Origin: Heteronotia binoei
Taxonomy: Eukaryota
Length of the DNA: 64,000 bases
Direction of reading: 5' to 3'
Assembly (NCBI RefSeq): GCF_032191835.1
Contig: NC_083223.1
Location: 114,080,001-114,144,000, forward strand
The notes under the pieces were generated by a model, which was not told where the DNA came from, made no database searches, and saw only the letters and a list, made by a program, of their open reading frames with translations. A program made the translations under genes and the position numbers. Positions 62,267 to 64,000 of this stretch are shown one piece after another. Each line of letters begins with the position of its first letter. The stretch's first letter is position 1.

Positions 62267-64000
62267 TTAAGGAACATAGTCCTTGAGATACGCGGGAGGT
62301 CGGCGCTCCCGAGTGGACCGTCTAGGGAGGTCTGGTGGGGGAGGCGCTGCTTCCGCGGTTGGTGCTTCGGCGGCCCGTGGTGTGGCCGGAGGTGGCGGGG
62401 CCGGCTCAGCGGGTCTTTCGGGCTCGGACCGTTCTGGTGTTCCCTGCGTCGGCGTGATGGGCGTTGGGGCCTCGTCCTCAGGTCGGCTCTCGGTTGGCCC
62501 CTCCCCGGACCATGCCTCTTCTGTGTCCACCGGCTCTTCCGGTAGCGTGCGGCGGCGCAACTGGTCTATGTGCCGCCGTAATACCTTGCCCCCCTCGGTT
62601 GATATATCATAGTGGCGGGACCCCGTCACTCGTAGAACTCGGCCCGCCACCCAATCCGGCCCCCTTGCGTAGTTCCGGCGTAAACTGGGTCGCCCGCAAA
62701 GAACCCCCTGACTGCGTCCCGAACCTCGGGGCTCCCGCGGGTGTCTGACGCCCGGTCGGGGTGTAGTCTGTCCAGTCGGGTTGTCAGCTTGCGTCCCATT
62801 AGGAGCTCTGCCGGGCTCACCCCTGTGACCGGGTTGGGGGTGACCCTATTGTCGAAAAGGAATGCCGCTAATCGGTGGTCCCAGTCACCCTGCACAATTC
62901 GGCCCAGGGCTTCTTTCGTGGTGCGGACCATCCGCTCCGCCTGGCCGTTGGTGGCTGGGTGGAAGGGGGCAGATCTTATGTGCCTAATCAGGTATCTATG
63001 GAGGAACGCCTGGAAGTCTGCAGACGTGAACGCGGTCCCGTTGTCTGAGACTATGGTGTCCGGGATACCGTGTGTGCATAAGACCCTGCGCAGCGCTCGG
63101 ATTGCGGCGGCGGATGAGGTGGACCCTACGGGGATGACCTCCAACCACTTGGTGTAGGCGTCCACTATTATCATGAAGATCTGCCCCTGGAATGGCCCCG
63201 CGAAATCGAGGTGTAGTCTCGACCATGGTTTCCGGGTTGACTCCCACCTAGTGGCGGGGGCGCTGGGAGGCTCGGGCCGCGACTCTTGACACGTTTGGCA
63301 CCGTCGGACCCAGCTCTCTATCTCCCCATCCATCCCCGGCCACCAGACGTAGCTTCTGGCCAAGGCCTTCATTCGGACTATACCGGGATGGGTCTCATGT
63401 AAGGATTCTAGGACCCGCTTTTGCAGCGGGGGCGGGATCACCACCCTACTTCCCCATAACAGGCACCCCCTGTGGGCTGCTAGTTCCTCCCTCCTGGTCT
63501 TATATGGCTTGAATTCTTCCCCCATGTTCCCCTCCTGCCAGCCCCTCACCACCCAGTCGAGCACCCGTGCTAGTGTCTTGTGTTTCTGGGTGGCCTTGGT
63601 GACCTCCGCTGCGTGTAGGGGCGGCTCCGGGAGGCTCTCCATTAGCATGACCTGGTGTGCGGGGGCGGGGTCTGGACCCGTTTCCGGAAGCGGCAAGCGG
63701 CTGAGTGCGTCCGCGTGACCCATAGCCTTGCCGGCCCTGTGTACCAGTGTGTAAGTGTAGGAGTTGAGGAATTGGTTCCACCTCAACACGCGCTGCGACA
63801 GTATTTGGGGGGTTTGACGGTCGGGGGCCAGCAGACCTAAGAGGGGCTTGTGGTCCGTAGCTATGGTGAACCTCCACCCATACAGGTATTCATGGAACTT
63901 GCGGACCCCCGCCACGATTGCCAGAGCCTCCTTGTCTATTTGCGCGTAGTTGCGCTCGGCTGGTGTCAGTGTGCGGGAGTAGTATGCGACCGGTACCTCC
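62267..64000 (-). mobile_element. Gypsy-type LTR retrotransposon pol 3' part: RNase H and integrase (runs off the window)
   Basis: RNase H AYYSRTL..AERNYAQIDKEALAI and TDHKPL; integrase HHCC (H..HPG...CQTC) and DDE (HLDFAGP, SDNG, AERMV). One apparent frameshift near 62670; stop at 62267. Confidence 0.93.

Noticed and set aside
1-64000. CRISPR arrays or prokaryotic systems
   Set aside because: No regularly spaced repeat-spacer array; the sequence is clearly intron-rich vertebrate DNA.

Overview
Vertebrate genomic DNA, most likely a gecko, judged from the repeat families (squam1/squam3, Sauria and 5S-derived SINEs, gecko-type CR1 tails). The window holds the 3' half of the receptor tyrosine phosphatase gene PTPRK on the minus strand. 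I reconstructed 17 phase-consistent coding exons, running from an alternative juxtamembrane exon (53697-53732) through domains D1 and D2 to the stop codon at 6422, with a 3' UTR ending near 4850. The introns are dense in transposons: a young CR1 with an intact 988-aa ORF2, degenerate CR1/L2/L1 copies, two tyrosine-recombinase (Ngaro/DIRS) retrotransposons, a young Gypsy element, hAT MITEs with 8-bp target site duplications, and long palindromes. The most notable items are (1) a second, diverged copy of the 150-nt D1/D2-linker exon with both splice sites intact, (2) a minimal type I hammerhead ribozyme in a Penelope-like repeat at the left edge, (3) an Ngaro element with an SGNH hydrolase ORF and split direct repeats whose DGVH motif is interrupted by a CR1, and (4) 18-nt and 36-nt microexons plus a candidate 12-nt one. 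There are two 156-N gaps. All of this was read by eye; family assignments rest on recalled motifs, not database searches.
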